From: Octopus vulgaris
Lineage: Eukaryota
Assembly: GCA_951406725.2 (NCBI GenBank)
Contig: OX597841.1
Span: 17,980,001-18,044,000 of the forward strand
Length of the DNA: 64,000 bases
Direction: 5' to 3'
The first letter of the stretch is position 1. Each line of letters begins with the position of its first letter. A program made the translations under genes and the position numbers. A model generated the notes under the pieces. The model did not search any database and had not been told where the DNA came from. It worked only from the letters and a program-made list of their open reading frames with translations. Below are positions 1 to 13,301 of this stretch, piece by piece.

Positions 1-17
1 CACACACCCACTCCTGC

Positions 18-62
<45 letters not shown>

Positions 63-93
63 GAAAACAAAAGTGTTTAATACTTTACTTCCT

Positions 94-149
<56 letters not shown>

Positions 150-1118
150 CAGTTTTATTAAAATATCCCCGTCTTCAAAGCAGAACCTTTGAATGCCGGT
201 CGTCTGCCTTTCAAGTTCTCCGACTTTGACCCTCATCCACTCCATTCGTTGTTTTACTCTTTCCCAATACATTTCTTCTTATACGTAAGTTAATAGGATT
301 TCTTTAATATCGAATGGCTACGGGATTCCAATAGAGTAAAATATAAATCAAAGGGGCCCTTAAGTGAAAAAAAAAAAGAGGGGGCTGAGAAACATTGAGG
401 GTGAAAATGTTTCCTTTATCAATATTTTCTCTCTCCTAATGTGATATAAAAAAATCTAAACACCTAATATTGGATGCTATGACTTTGTTGATAATAAGTT
501 TCTCCACCTTTTGTAAAGTGTCCTTCATTTTAAAAGACGATAGTGTTATTTGTCTACTATTTCTAGCGCATCAATGAAGCAGGAACAGCAAACTTACCTC
601 CCTTAAAATTATGAAAATCCAACAAGAGTTATGTCCCATTGGACCTAGGTTAAAAAAAGTCTCTTACACATGAGTGTGTGTGTGTGCGTACATATGCATG
701 TGTGAGTGTGTGTGCTTCTGTATATGTGTATGTCTGTGTTTGTGTGTATGTGAGCATGTGAGTGTTTGTGAGCATGTGTGTGTATGTGTATCTGTGCGTG
801 TGTGTATCTATATGTATACGTGTTTACGTGCGTGTGCATGTGTGTATACGTGTGTGTGTGTGTGTGCACGCGCGTATGTGTGTGCGTATCTGAGAGGAAC
901 CTTTGTCGGAGGGCAATTGTATAGCCCTAGGCTAGATATGTAAGGAATACGACCGTACGTAAGGTGACAGTAATGTCTCCTTTTAAACGCCGTACGATCG
1001 TCCCACAAAAGAAGCCAGCCAAAATACATGGCATAAAAGAATAAGGGCGAAGAGGAATTAATGCGAACGACAACCGTTCTGCTGTTTGAGAGAAGAAGAC
1101 TTTATTTACGGAAGTGTA

Positions 1119-1179
<61 letters not shown>

Positions 1180-1531
1180 TGTGTGTGTGTGTGTGTGAGT
1201 GCTAGCAGAGTGTAGTGTCTATGTGCATGCGACAAGTGTTTGTGTCTGTGTGTTCGTGTGTGCGACAGAAGTTCAAACAAGGTGTATGCGGGCAAAACAG
1301 AATACAGAGCATAGGAAAGAGTCTCTCAGGGTATTTTAGACAAGTTCGTAGTAAGGTACATAATAGCAGTTTGTTCTGTAAGAGGATGTTGGGGTCACAA
1401 GGCAGAATGCCGGTTGAACACATAGCGTGTAGCGGTTGGGGCTTCAATGCCGTGCCAGGTCCCTTGATACAGGAATTCTCGCAGGTAATGCTGTGTTGTT
1501 TACCTCGGTGAATATCCCAACAGGAAAAAAG

Positions 1532-1691
1532 CTAAACCTGAGCGAGTGCTGTGTACGTATTGCTGAAGTCGACGGAGATGGAGACGACGTAGAGTTGAAG
1601 GACGACGATGGTGATGACAGAGAAAAGCGTCGTCGAAATGAAGGTGTTGGTGGTGGAAAGATCCTGCTTTGCATGTTGACTGTCGCTCGAG
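1532..1691 (-). CDS. Candidate terminal exon of a minus-strand gene; its first nucleotides (3566-3572) appear separated from it by the Penelope insertion. Reading frame uncertain.
   Basis: Strong acceptor ...ctcttcccatcttcttctacAG at 3574-3573. Rejoining the flanks across GGTG gives CAACACCAGCTCGAGC.... One frame reads NTSSSDSQHAKQDLSTTNTFISTTLFSVITIVVLQLYVVSISVDFSNTYTALAQV* (stop at 1532). Another reads TPARATVNMQSRIFPPPTPSFRRRFSLSSP...RH* (stop at 1444) and is S/P-rich. Confidence 0.4.
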
Positions 1692-1697
1692 CTGGTG

Positions 1698-3565
1698 AAA
1701 TTAACTTACTATGAGAAATTAACACATTACAACCCACAGAAAACACTGAAAAACTTATCCTCCTTGCTCCAAATTCATGGAAAGGGTCTCACTAAACTTG
1801 AAATAGACTATTTATCCAATTTTAAATACAGTCTTAGTCTATTCTACCGATTACCCAAAATACATAAAAATCCACACATTTGTGAAGCCTGCAAAGTCTC
1901 TTCAAGCCTATGCATTAATGTCCCTCCCCCTACTGACCTCAAACTGAGACCCATCATAGCTGGCCCTTCTTGTGAAACCCACCATTTGAGCAACTTCCTC
2001 GACATATTACTCAAACCTTTTTAAAAATATGTGAAAAGCTTTATCAGGGATGACCTAGACATGCTGAACCACCTCCCGAAGACAGTAAAGGAAGGAACCC
2101 TGCTGGTATCTTTCGATGTGGTGAATCTGTACACCAATATCCCACACGACTATGGTATTGAAGCAATCACTTTCCAGCTAGAAAAATACCCAGAAGAGAT
2201 CCCAGTTTTATAATCGAAGCACTCAAATTCATCCTGCTGAACAATTTTTTCATGTTCGATACAACCTACTATCGACAAAAATGTGGAATCGCAATGGGAA
2301 CCAGAGCTGCTCCAGTGATTGCAAACCTTGTAATGGGTAACCTAGAACTCAAGTTATACCAATCATCACTAGAAAAATATGGTGCCTCTTTTAATTGCTA
2401 TTTAAAGGAAAACTGGAAGAGATATTTGGATGATTGCTTCATACTTTGGAAAGACAGCATGGACAAACTCCTTGATTTCAAATTAATGCTTAACAACATA
2501 CACAGCAATATGCAATTCACTATGGAACACAACAGTAAACAACTCCCTTTTCTAGACATCTTAATTAAAATAGTTAACAACCACATAGAAACAGATATCA
2601 TTTATAAACCCACAGATTCTAAACAATACCTATTATTTAACTCTTGCCACCCCAAACACACAAAAATTAATATACCTTTTAATCTAGCGAAAAGAATCTG
2701 TACCATAGTTTTGGATACATATACTCGTGAACAAAGATTCCTTGAACTTAGATCAACACTAACTAAAAGACATAACCCAATCTCATTAATAAATGAAAAC
2801 ATCAAAAGAGCTAAGGAAATAGATATACAAATGTTAAGGCAAACCGGCCGAAATACTAAACCAGACTTTAAAATACTCCTGTACATTTCCACACATACCC
2901 CTAGAAACAACGAAGCCATCAACATTATCACCCAAAATCTTCCCATCCTCACAGCAGACAAAACAATGAGCGAAATTTTAAGCTCTCACAAAATTATAAA
3001 AACCAAAAGGCAACCGAAGTAACTGAAAAAAAATTAACCAGCGCAGGACTATATCCACTAACAACAGAGCCAAAAGTTAAAAAATGTGGTTGTCCTAACT
3101 GTGGAACATGCCCCCACACTTTGGGGGTTTCAGAATTTCACTACAAACAAGGAAAAATATTTAAGATCTAATCAAATTTCACCTGCGCCTCGGAAAATCT
3201 AATCTATGTCATGACATGCTTAGGATGTGGTAACCACTATATTGGACAAACAGGAATATCACTCCGTCGAAGAACCACCATCCACAAAGAGCAAATCTGC
3301 CACCCACAATACAGACAGTTACAGGTTAGTGAACACATAGAAAGGTGCGCCAGGAATCTTAATCCCAATTTCCAAATATTCCCCTTCTATCAATGTTCAC
3401 AGAACATCACAATGCAACAAAGGCTGAATAAAGAGGGAATTTTCATCAACAAATATCTTCCCCAACTAAATATGAACACATAATATAATACAGAACACCA
3501 CTAACCCAACGGGGGCTCGATTTTGCGATCGGCAAGATCCTTTCAGTTGATGTGTCTGAAGAATG
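1698..3565 (+). mobile_element. Penelope-like retroelement (RT + Cys-rich linker + GIY-YIG endonuclease), 5'-truncated and decayed
   Basis: ORF pieces carry FYRLPKIHK, LRPII, SFDVVNLYTNIP, GIAMGTRAAPVIANL, WKRYLDD, LPFLD, CHPKHTK, KCGCPNCGTC and NLIYVMTCLGCGNHYIGQT. Stops at about 2024, 3022 and 3171, frameshift near 2210. Ends in a truncated CTGAAGA motif. Confidence 0.92.
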
Positions 3566-5214
3566 GGTGTTGCTGTAGAAGAAGATGGGAAGAGAAACGA
3601 TGAGAGGGCAGAGAAAAGAGAGAGAGAGAGAGAGAGTCATCTAACAAAGCCATACCATCACTGTAACAATACCATACCCTCAGCATACCATTTGCATACC
3701 ATAAACACATCACATACCATCACCTTACTCTCTCTCTCTCTCCATACTGCCTCGTACTACCACCTTACTTTCAGCCATCCACCCACCTCCAATCACCATA
3801 CCATCCAGTGATACACAATCATGTTATCACTTCCATACCATCACCATACCATTAGCTGGTACCTGGCTATTAATGTCATCACAAACCTTACAGTCATATT
3901 GTAGAGCTATATATGTGTGTGTGTGTGTGTGTGTGTCCTTTGTCTGTAGAATAGTGAATAAAAAGTAGAGAGAGAAAGAAAAATGAGAGGAAGAGAGAGA
4001 GAGAGAGAGAGAGAGAGCACACACCACACACACGCCTTGGATAGGAAAGCAGACATAGGACAGTAACGTTCCAAGGTGACCTTGTGCATCACTCAACAAC
4101 AATACCAATTCCAGCAGAAAAATTGAGGAAAGGCGTGGTGAAGTGAAGTAAAATCTACCTCCTGGAAGGAACGTCAGTCCCTCTCAGCCTATCGACAGCA
4201 TCTAATGCACGTAGAAGCAGAGGCAAGCATGAACATAGAAACACAGATTAGAAAAGGCACTTGTGTATGCATATATGACAGAGCACAGGTTTTGGGCCGA
4301 AGCAATGCAGCATAAGGAATGGTTTGCTTCTGGAAGATCTTTACAATGCAATACAAGAGATGAGAAGCCAGAGATTTCTCTCTCTCTCTCTCTCAATAAC
4401 CTTTTAAGAAATACATTTTCTGCATTGTAACAAGCTTAGCAAACACCTGTGTGTGTGTGTAATTAACATGAAGTCATTATTTTTAAGCAAGATAAAGAAT
4501 GACAACAGAACAGTGACTGGTTGATGAAACGAAGTTGCAGTCAACATGAATTCTACAATATCTAACAAAGCTATCCACACACACACATTTATTTGATTGT
4601 TTCACAAGATTCCTGATGTGAAATTGTGTGTTGAAACAGACATTGTTATCCATGGGGATGGTCATATGTTTGCCAATTAACCAAACGCAGTCTTCCCTTC
4701 ATTCTTATTATTTTCCATCTCAGCTATTTCCTCACACATCCTGTGACCTCTTCAGTCACTCTCCATCCCATGTGTCTCCTCTTAAAATATTAAAAAGCTC
4801 ACCTGAAAAAACAAATTGGCAAAATACGACCATTCCCAAGTATATATATATCATCATCATCATCATCATTTAGTGTCTGCTTTCCATGCTGGCATGGGTT
4901 GGACAACTTGACTGAAACTGGTAAACAGGAGGGCTGCACCAGGTTCCAATCTGATTAGGCAGGGTTGCTATGGCTGGATGTCCTTCCTACCTTTTCTCTT
5001 ATCTTTTACTTCTTTCTCTCACTTGACCACAGCTAGCACTCATTTTTGTAAAGCCTCCTGTTTATTTTGTCAGTGTCCTTTGCCCCACTGCTAAGTTACA
5101 TCGATGTAAACACACCAACACTGGTTGCCGAGTGGTTGTGGGAGACAAACGCAAAGACATGCACACATAGATATATACACACCTACACAGACACACGTGT
5201 GTGTGTGTGTGTTC

Positions 5215-5413
5215 TTTTACCTGTTTCAGCCATTTGACTGTAGCCATGCTGGAGCAGCACTTTAGTCAAACAAATCAACTCTAGAACTTATTCTTTGTAA
5301 GCCTAGTGCTTATTCTATCGGTTGCTTTTGCTGAACCACTAAGTTACAGGGAAGGGCATAAACACACCAACATCAGTTGTCAAGCAGTAGTGGGGTACAA
5401 ACACAGACACAAC

Positions 5414-5461
<48 letters not shown>

Positions 5462-5590
5462 CAGGCTTCTTTCAGTTTCTGTCTACCAAATCCACTCACA
5501 AGGCATTGGACAGCCTGAGGTCATGCAATGGGACTGAACCCACAACCCTGTGGTTGGGAAGCAGGCTTCTTACCACACAGCCATGCCTGC
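5215..5590 (-). mobile_element. SINE family A copy (tRNA-like head, internal microsatellite, AAAGAGT-type tail)
   Basis: Matches the copies at 42535-42900, 48245-48645, 48959-49385 and 60445-60868. Confidence 0.75.
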
Positions 5591-5967
5591 ACCTATATAT
5601 AATGTACATAAAACGATCAGCATCCTCATCATTGAAGCTCCATTCTCCCTGCTGGCATGGGTTGGATGGTTCGATGAGCTGGCATGTCAGAGGGCTGCAC
5701 TAAGCTTTACTCTCTGCTTTGCAATGGTTTCTAAAGCTGGATGGCTTTCTTAATGCCAATCACCACAGAGTGGACCTGATGCTTTCTACATGGCACCAGC
5801 AGGGTCACCGAGTAACTTACAAGACATGGCCACCACAACGGAGAGCGGAGTTGTGTTGTTGGGGCTTTGTGCCAGGTGAGGAGAGTTTTGAGAGCGAAGG
5901 GGGGGACCAAAAGAGGGGTCTTGCTCCGGAGGAGATACGCGGCCACTACAGTTGGAAGAGGCACATC

Positions 5968-6004
<37 letters not shown>

Positions 6005-6690
6005 GGACAAAGGTGTGTCAGGGTGTACCCCCAAGGCACAGGGGGTGGGGGGAGTTTAATATAAAGTGGTAGACGGGTGTGAAGAGGGTGAGAGAAAATG
6101 CAGGGGGTGGATACAGGTGAAGGGGGACAGGGGTTAGGAAGACAAGTCGTGAGGGAGGGTTCATCCAGGAAAGATTGTATGCAGGGGCCCAGTAGACATA
6201 AACAACATGGCTTCAGGGTCTCAATTTTACTTAGATGAACAAGTGTGTGCGTGTGTATATACACATGTGGACACATATATATCATTATATACATATATAT
6301 ATATATACACACACACACACATACATAATGTATATGTATTTGTGTATATATACATGTATACACACATGCACATACATGTATGGATGCAACGACAAAAGAT
6401 TGAGACGTTTGCTTGAGAAGAAGACCCATGAAGCCAAGGAAAATTGTAGCCGTGGCAGATGCTGGTGTCACACAAATGGCACCCGTGCCAGTGGCATGTA
6501 AAAGCACCCATTACACTTTCAAAGTGGTTGGCATTAGGAAGGGCATCCAGCCATGGCAATCATGCCATAACGAACGTTACATAATGGACAACGGACATTA
6601 CATTAATGATGATGGTAATGATACACACACACACACACATATACACTCCCATGGATATACACAAGTACATGGACACATACTTATACATGC

Positions 6691-6745
<55 letters not shown>

Positions 6746-6917
6746 AGTAAATCTAAGGATAAGCCAAATGCTTGCCCCTACATTTACTCCTCCACCTGTG
6801 CTCAGTTGAAACCCCTTGAGCATTACAAAGTATATTCTACACGAAGAATATCTGATTCTCATCATACATGTGTATGTGTGTGTATGGAGTTCTTGGTGCA
6901 GAATAATATATTTGAGA

Positions 6918-7233
6918 AAATGAGTAGAGATGGCTTTGTGGGGGAATAATTTTTATTTTAATGGTAATGTTTACAGTTACTCCAAAGAGTTTCCAGCTTT
7001 TCAATAGCCATTTTCAAACTGAAATTCTGGGGTTTAGAAGGTTGTTTATAGAGCAAAAGATTTTTTTTTCTTATAAGAATATGAATAGAAAATAAAAAAT
7101 ATATAAAAACTAATATAAAAAATGATATAAAAACAATAATAAAAGAAAACAAAAAGTACAACAAAAGTGAAAAAAAGAAAGAAAAAAAGGTGGAAAGGAA
7201 AAGAGTAAGAGGCTGTATATGTATGAGTGTGTG

Positions 7234-7273
<40 letters not shown>

Positions 7274-7922
7274 CATATGATTGCTTATATATATCTGTGC
7301 ATATGTGTGTGTGTGTGTATATATATATACACACACACATGTGTATGTGTGTATGCATATATGTATATCTATGCGTGTGTATGTGTGTGGATATTTGTCC
7401 ATATACTTATGTGCATGTGGGTGTATGTGCAAATGTATGTGTGTGTGGATGTCTGTATACATGTGTGTAGAGGTGTGTATATGTGTCTGTGTGTGTGTGT
7501 GTGTGTGTGTGAGTAAATAAGGACACACCATACCAACTGTGAAAGATGAATAAAATGACCTCAAATCAAAAGATTCACAAAGGTCATCTTCTGACAAGAA
7601 CCCAACATCTTTGACCACTCCTAAGAATATTCCGTTCCTTTATTCCTCATAGACTAATCTCTTCTCCCTACCATTTCCAGCTACTTTTTGTCTTCTTCCT
7701 CTTACTCTTTACCTTTTATCATTGCTTTTATATTTTTTTGTTTTCCATTTTAGTTTTTAGTTTTTTATTTACATACTTGTTAGAAAAAAAATCAATTGCT
7801 ATATAAGCAACCTTCTAAACCCCAGGATTTCAGTTTGAAAAGCCTGAAACTCTTTAGAGTAACTGTAAACATTACCATTAAAATAAAAATTATTCCCCTC
7901 CAAAAACGATCTCTACTCATTT
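6918..7922. repeat. Inverted repeat, arms about 6918-7075 and 7776-7922, Penelope-type non-autonomous structure
   Basis: aatgagtagaga...ggggaataatttttattttaatggtaatgtttacagttactc is mirrored by gagtaactgtaaacattaccattaaaataaaaattattcccc...tctctactcatt. Confidence 0.85.
6974..7021 (-). ncRNA. Candidate type I hammerhead ribozyme with U3-A8 core
   Basis: Minus strand reads cagt TTGAAAA tggct attgaaa agctg GAAA ctct tt ggag TA actg. All three stems pair. Confidence 0.5.
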
Positions 7923-7927
7923 ATATA

Positions 7928-7973
<46 letters not shown>

Positions 7974-8696
7974 CATGTATGCATGTGTGTTTGATTTCAT
8001 ACTCTCTTGTCTCATGGGTGTTAGCTGATTTGTAACCCCTCCTCCACCCGATGATCATATGTGCTGGTGCTATCCTCCAGTCAACCGTAAAAGCACATCA
8101 AGGGTTTCGGCAACGTCTGAACATGTTGAGCAATCATTGCAAACAAACAACGAAAGAGAAAAACTGTCTCACGATCTTGCCTGGCTTGGTTCATTGTTTG
8201 AAAAGCCAAGGGTATTCTCATGCCATTAGGACATAGGTGAAGCTTGGCAACAAGAAGTGCATCTGGCCAGAGAGAAACGACCCTTAGGGGATTGCATCTG
8301 ACCCATGCAAATATGGAAAAGTAAATGACTCAAGAGGGATTTCACTGCCATTTCTAGCTGAATCATGTGACTACATCGAAGCTCCTTTGCTGAGGTGTTT
8401 TGTCATTGTAAGCCCAGGTGTGCCATGCTTGACAAGATCCAGAATCAGACATTCCAGCCATGAACATCTCGTCTTTTATGTCGAGCATAGTGTAGCTTAG
8501 ACTCCATATGTTAAAGTGTTCTACGTTGTTAAGGAGGGAATTAGATGGAGTGTTGCTGCTACTGCTAGCAAATCAATCCCCTACGCAGACCCCTGCTCAG
8601 TGCTTATTGTGTACGTGCAAGCTTGTCAATAGAGGTGCAAAGTGGTGCAGATGAGGTTGCAGAAGCCGACTGAAAGAAGACAAACAGTGCACCCAC

Positions 8697-8744
8697 CTTT
8701 ATGGGCGTGGCATCGTTACGCTCCAGAGAGTTCCGCTTCAAGTG
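8697..8744 (-). CDS. S6K-like exon variant 3 (HLKRNSLERNDATPIK), 48 bp, phase 0/0
   Basis: Acceptor ccttccattctttttAG, donor AAG|GTGGGT. Homologous to exon 13858-13920. Confidence 0.55.
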
Positions 8745-8933
8745 CTAAAAAGAATGGAAGGAGAGGGAGAGAAAGAGAGAGAGAGGGAGAGAAAGAAAGA
8801 AAGAGCGTGATAGATTTAGAAAAACTGTTTTAAAACTCATAAATTTCATGAATTATCTGTGTGTGTGTGTGGGTGTGTGTGTTTAGAAGTTCAATGAAAT
8901 CAGAAACTATACAGATACACAAACACACATGTA

Positions 8934-8985
<52 letters not shown>

Positions 8986-9182
8986 AATGCATACAAACGT
9001 ATACACATATATATATTTACATATACATACATATACACATATATATACATATACACATATATATTTACAGTAAATTCAGGGTGAATACTTGATAAGTGTA
9101 AGCACCTGTATATGCCAGCTAGTAGCAGAGGTGAGAGGACATATGTATCAAATGAAATAAAAAACAGGACACAAAGGATGTC

Positions 9183-9274
9183 GCGGTACACGTGTTTCAA
9201 GCTTTATAAAACAACTTATTCTTACATCAATGTATAATCGACATAACAGATGGTTTAAAGCTCTCTTCAGCCGC
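9183..9274 (-). ncRNA. Type I hammerhead ribozyme candidate with palindromic stem III
   Basis: gcgg CTGAAGA gagcttta...taaagctt GAAA cacgtg TA ccgc. An inverted partial copy lies at 9487-9578. Confidence 0.7.
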
Positions 9275-9869
9275 ATACAATTGCTACACCAAAGACCTGT
9301 ATCACATTATGAAAAGTCCGAAAAGGAACATTTGCTATTATCTATAATGCTAGGTATATTGAGTTTCACTGGGAAAATATGTTTGTAAATCTTCATAATC
9401 AAATAGGTGTGCAGGGTATTATTGGACTTTGAAAATCCGTCCATACTGTATCATCAGTCAATATAGAGTGAATGTTGAGTAGATTCCGGGCTTTTCATAA
9501 TGTGATACAGGTCTTTGGTGTAGCAATTGCATGCGGCTGAAGAGAGCTTTAAACCATCTGTTATGTTGATTATACATTTGCCAGACAATTGCCATCCGAA
9601 GAAAATGAGGCAGTGAAAGGGGAAGAGGGAGAAGAGCTAAAACTTTGGAATTTATTGATGAGATGAAAGAAATGAGGAAGAGAAAAGATTGGGTAAAAAT
9701 GAAACACAGTTGCCAAATGGCCAGAAACAAGTGGAAAGCTGCTGAAGTATTAGAAAGAAAAAGGGCGCAGGAGAGATAAGAAGACATTGGATAGGAAAGG
9801 AAGATGGGTGGAGGCGAGGAAAGAGCAAATGGAAATGCTTCCAGGAGACCTATCATGAAGTGCAAGATT

Positions 9870-10900
9870 TGAATGGTACAGAGGCAATACAAGTTGGTGA
9901 AAGACAAGAATGGAGGAAGTGTGAAAGAGCTTGAATCATCTGGTACCATTACAGAAGCTGACCAGGTGGCATTAGAGTTTGGAGTTAGCAGGGTCCCTAT
10001 TGGTGGAGACGAAGTCATCCAGGCTCTCACAACATTTGAAAGGCCAGGACTGGATTATATCTCAAATGAACTGCTAAAGAACGGCTGGAGGAAATGCTGC
10101 CAAGATACAAGAGCTAAGCAATTTGTGTGATGCCTGTTGGGAAAACAGAGCAGAACCAGAAGAGTAGATAACGAGTGTCATAGGTGCCAAAGAAAGGTAA
10201 ACTCAACAAGTGCAGCAACTTCACCTTTTGATGTTGGTGTCCGGCAGGGTCTTCTGCTCAGTCCTGCTACAATGTTTGAAGGAAGCACTGGATGAACCAT
10301 TCAAAGAAGAGCAAGCAGGATTCCAGGCTGGAAGATCATGCATCAAACAGATGTTTGTACTGCAAAACTCTGTCGAGAAATGCATAGAATTCCAGCCACC
10401 ACTGGTCATTGAATCGATTTCTAAAAAAACCTTTACGAGAGAAATGCTGGGCTGCACTGGCAAGGCATTTACTATACCTCCATCCTTAAGGGTCTGTACA
10501 CCAACTGAAGCTGCAGTGAGAGAACTGAAAGCGGGAACAGAATTCTGCAACATCATCACAGGAGTGAGACAAGGTTGTCTCCTGTCATCTCTGCTGTTTC
10601 TTCTAGTTATAGGCTTTTGTCTTGTGGTGAGCCATAAATGGACTGTTTGCATGAATGCAGTGGACTGTGGGTAGACCCCTAACAAACCTGGTCTATACCA
10701 ATGACATTGTGCTCCTTTCAGGGTCCAGTACTCCAACAAATGACAACCAGAGTGTATGAGGAGGCAACAAGTGCAGATTTAAGAATCACCTCCAAGAAAA
10801 CCAAGGTGGGCCAGGAGGGACGCAGATTTGTGTGAATCAAGGATCCATACTGAAGATGGCACCAACGAAAACCTACCTGGGCAACATGATTCCATGAATC
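9870..10900 (+). pseudogene. Highly decayed non-LTR retrotransposon RT fragment (RTE-like)
   Basis: PGLDYISNELLK, EEQAGFQAGRSC, GVRQGCLLSSLLF, with many stops and frameshifts. Confidence 0.75.
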
Positions 10901-11442
10901 TGATTAGAAACCTGCATGTGAGAGTTTGAATAAGAGACAAAACAAAAACGGTTCCTTTCCATACCAACCTGTATGACATTACAACTGGATTTAGGAAAAC
11001 AAATTTTCAATAAAAAAAGGTGAATCTAAAACTTTAAATCAAAATTTCATGTTAATGTAGGTTCTAAACACAAAATTAATTAACGACAAAGTTAATTTAG
11101 AAAATACGTTACTTGTTTTTTTTCAAATTCAATTGAAACAAAGGCAGTGCATTACCACAGGAATTTGGTAAGAAAGCATTCCAAGACAATTGTCTGGCTA
11201 AAGAAATAATATACAGAGTCAAATTCCAGGCTGACAACAAACAAATTAACAGAAAACAATTATCAAATGTGAAACTCGTTAAATACCAGCCATCCACTTC
11301 CACCTCCTATTCCCAGATTTTGTCTTCTAGCTCGAAACTCAGAGAATCAGCCTCAGGAATTCTGGTGAGTTTCTTGTTAAACCTGATTTTTTCAGTCTTA
11401 AGACTTTTAGTATTGAATATGCTTTCCACCCCTTTGTAGACA

Positions 11443-11491
<49 letters not shown>

Positions 11492-11779
11492 TCCTACCAC
11501 TGCTTGACAACCCAAGCAGGTGTGTTTAAGTCCCATAACAGAGCAGTTTGGCAAAAGAGACTGATAGAATAAGTCCTTGGTTCAAAAAAAAAAAAAAATA
11601 GTAAGCCCTGGGGTTGATTTGTCAAAACTAAGAACCCTTCAAGGTGATGCCCCAGCATGGCCGCAGTCAATTGACTGAAACAAGATTGCTTATGCAATGA
11701 CTTGTATGTGATAAGCATCTGTTTTCCGCTGGCAGAAGAAGGGTGGAGGTGGAGAGGAGGTGAGAGACGATGAGAGAAT

Positions 11780-12690
11780 GGGGCAGGGCATCTGAGCTGG
11801 TTGCACGGTTCTCTGGATGAAGACTGCCATGTGTCTATAAAGACAATTAGCATAGAGTTTGGAGTTGGTGTGGCAACTGGACACAGAATTATTCGTAAAG
11901 ATCTGAGCATGTGCAAAGTTTGTTGCTGAGGAACACCGTGATGAACAGAAGGAAAGACATGTTGGTGAGAGGAGGGAAATGGTTGAGCCCCTTAATCGGC
12001 CATTCAAGATGGAGTCTATTGGGACTTGTGACAAAAGCTGGATCTGCTGTTAGGATTGACAGAGAAAGTGAGAGAGAGGCCAGTGGAAGTCTCTTGGTTT
12101 CCCAAACCGAAAAAAAGGCCAGGCAAAGCAAGTCCACCAGAAAGCTCATGATGATTTCCCACTTTTCGACAACAAAGGCCTCATCTACATCCACTGGGTT
12201 CCCTCTAGCCAGATGATCAACAAAGAGTACTTTGTAGAGGTTTTGAGGGGGTTCAGGAAGAGATTTGAATGCCAAAGGCCAGAGTTCTTTCCACTCGGGT
12301 CAGTAGCGCCAGCAGCAGGACAATGTCCCAATTGACAATTCCATCATGGTACCCAAATTCTTGACAGAGATGAACATCAAAACTGTCCCTCACCCACACC
12401 CCTCTTAAGACCAGACCTTGCTCCCTGTGAATTTTGTTTGTGTCTCCAAGCTGAAGGAGAACCTTAGGGAATAGTCGTTTTAAAGATGAAAGAAGCTGTG
12501 ACAAGGGTCCTGGACACCTTCACTTCGGAGGACTTTCCTGGGGCCCTTCATGAAATGGCTGGATTGCAATGACAAGTGCATTGAAGTGAGAGGACCCTAA
12601 TTTGAAGGAGGTTAGAGTTTTGTTGTAGTTCTTTGAAATTAATGAATGTCTCTCCTAAAAGAGTCTCAAAACATCTGGAATGCATCTTCT

Positions 12691-12692
<2 letters not shown>
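11780..12692 (+). mobile_element. Mariner transposase remnant
   Basis: Across frameshifts: HRIIRKDLSMCKVC, KKARQSKSTRKLMMI, FDNKGLIYIHWVP, INKEYFVEVL, QQDNVP, DLAPC. Confidence 0.85.
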
Positions 12693-12725
<33 letters not shown>

Positions 12726-12961
12726 ACAGTACTTATATGTATATATATATATACTCCCTGGCATGCCCACACACGCCCCATCCTAATTCATATACGGCAT
12801 TCAAGCAGTACCTGCAAGCACACACACACACACACACAACTACACACTTACGCACACAGTCCCATGTTGTTCCACCTACCACACACACACACTTACTGCT
12901 GTACAGCTACACATATTCCACAATAATGCTAAACACTTACACACGCATCTACAAAGCTATA

Positions 12962-12993
<32 letters not shown>

Positions 12994-13023
12994 TACTGCC
13001 ACACAGCTAGATACACAACCAAC

Positions 13024-13065
13024 CTTAATAGGACTGGCCTCGGCAACCCCAATTATCTTCAACAG
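13024..13065 (-). CDS. S6K-like exon variant 2 (LLKIIGVAEASPIK), 42 bp, phase 0/0
   Basis: Acceptor (tc)n...ctctctAG, donor AAG|GTTGGT. Same LLK...PIK boundaries as 13858-13920. Confidence 0.5.
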
Positions 13066-13262
13066 CTAGAGAGAGTGAGAGAGAGAGAGAGAGAGCTATA
13101 CATATATATAGAAAGAGAGAGAGAGAGGAGAAAGGGAGAGGTGGATGGATATGTATGTGTGACTATATGATATATATGTACGTGTGTTTATATATATGTG
13201 TGTTTATGTATGGCAGTATGAGTGTGTGAATGTGTGTGTGTGTATATATATGTGTATGTATG

Positions 13263-13301
<39 letters not shown>

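Noticed and set aside
4070-4803. Kinase-like words DAQGH (about 4076-4090, -) and GELFNIL (about 4785-4803, -)
   Set aside because: Wrong order relative to the real exons and no flanking similarity; GELFNIL also runs into an early stop. Likely chance.
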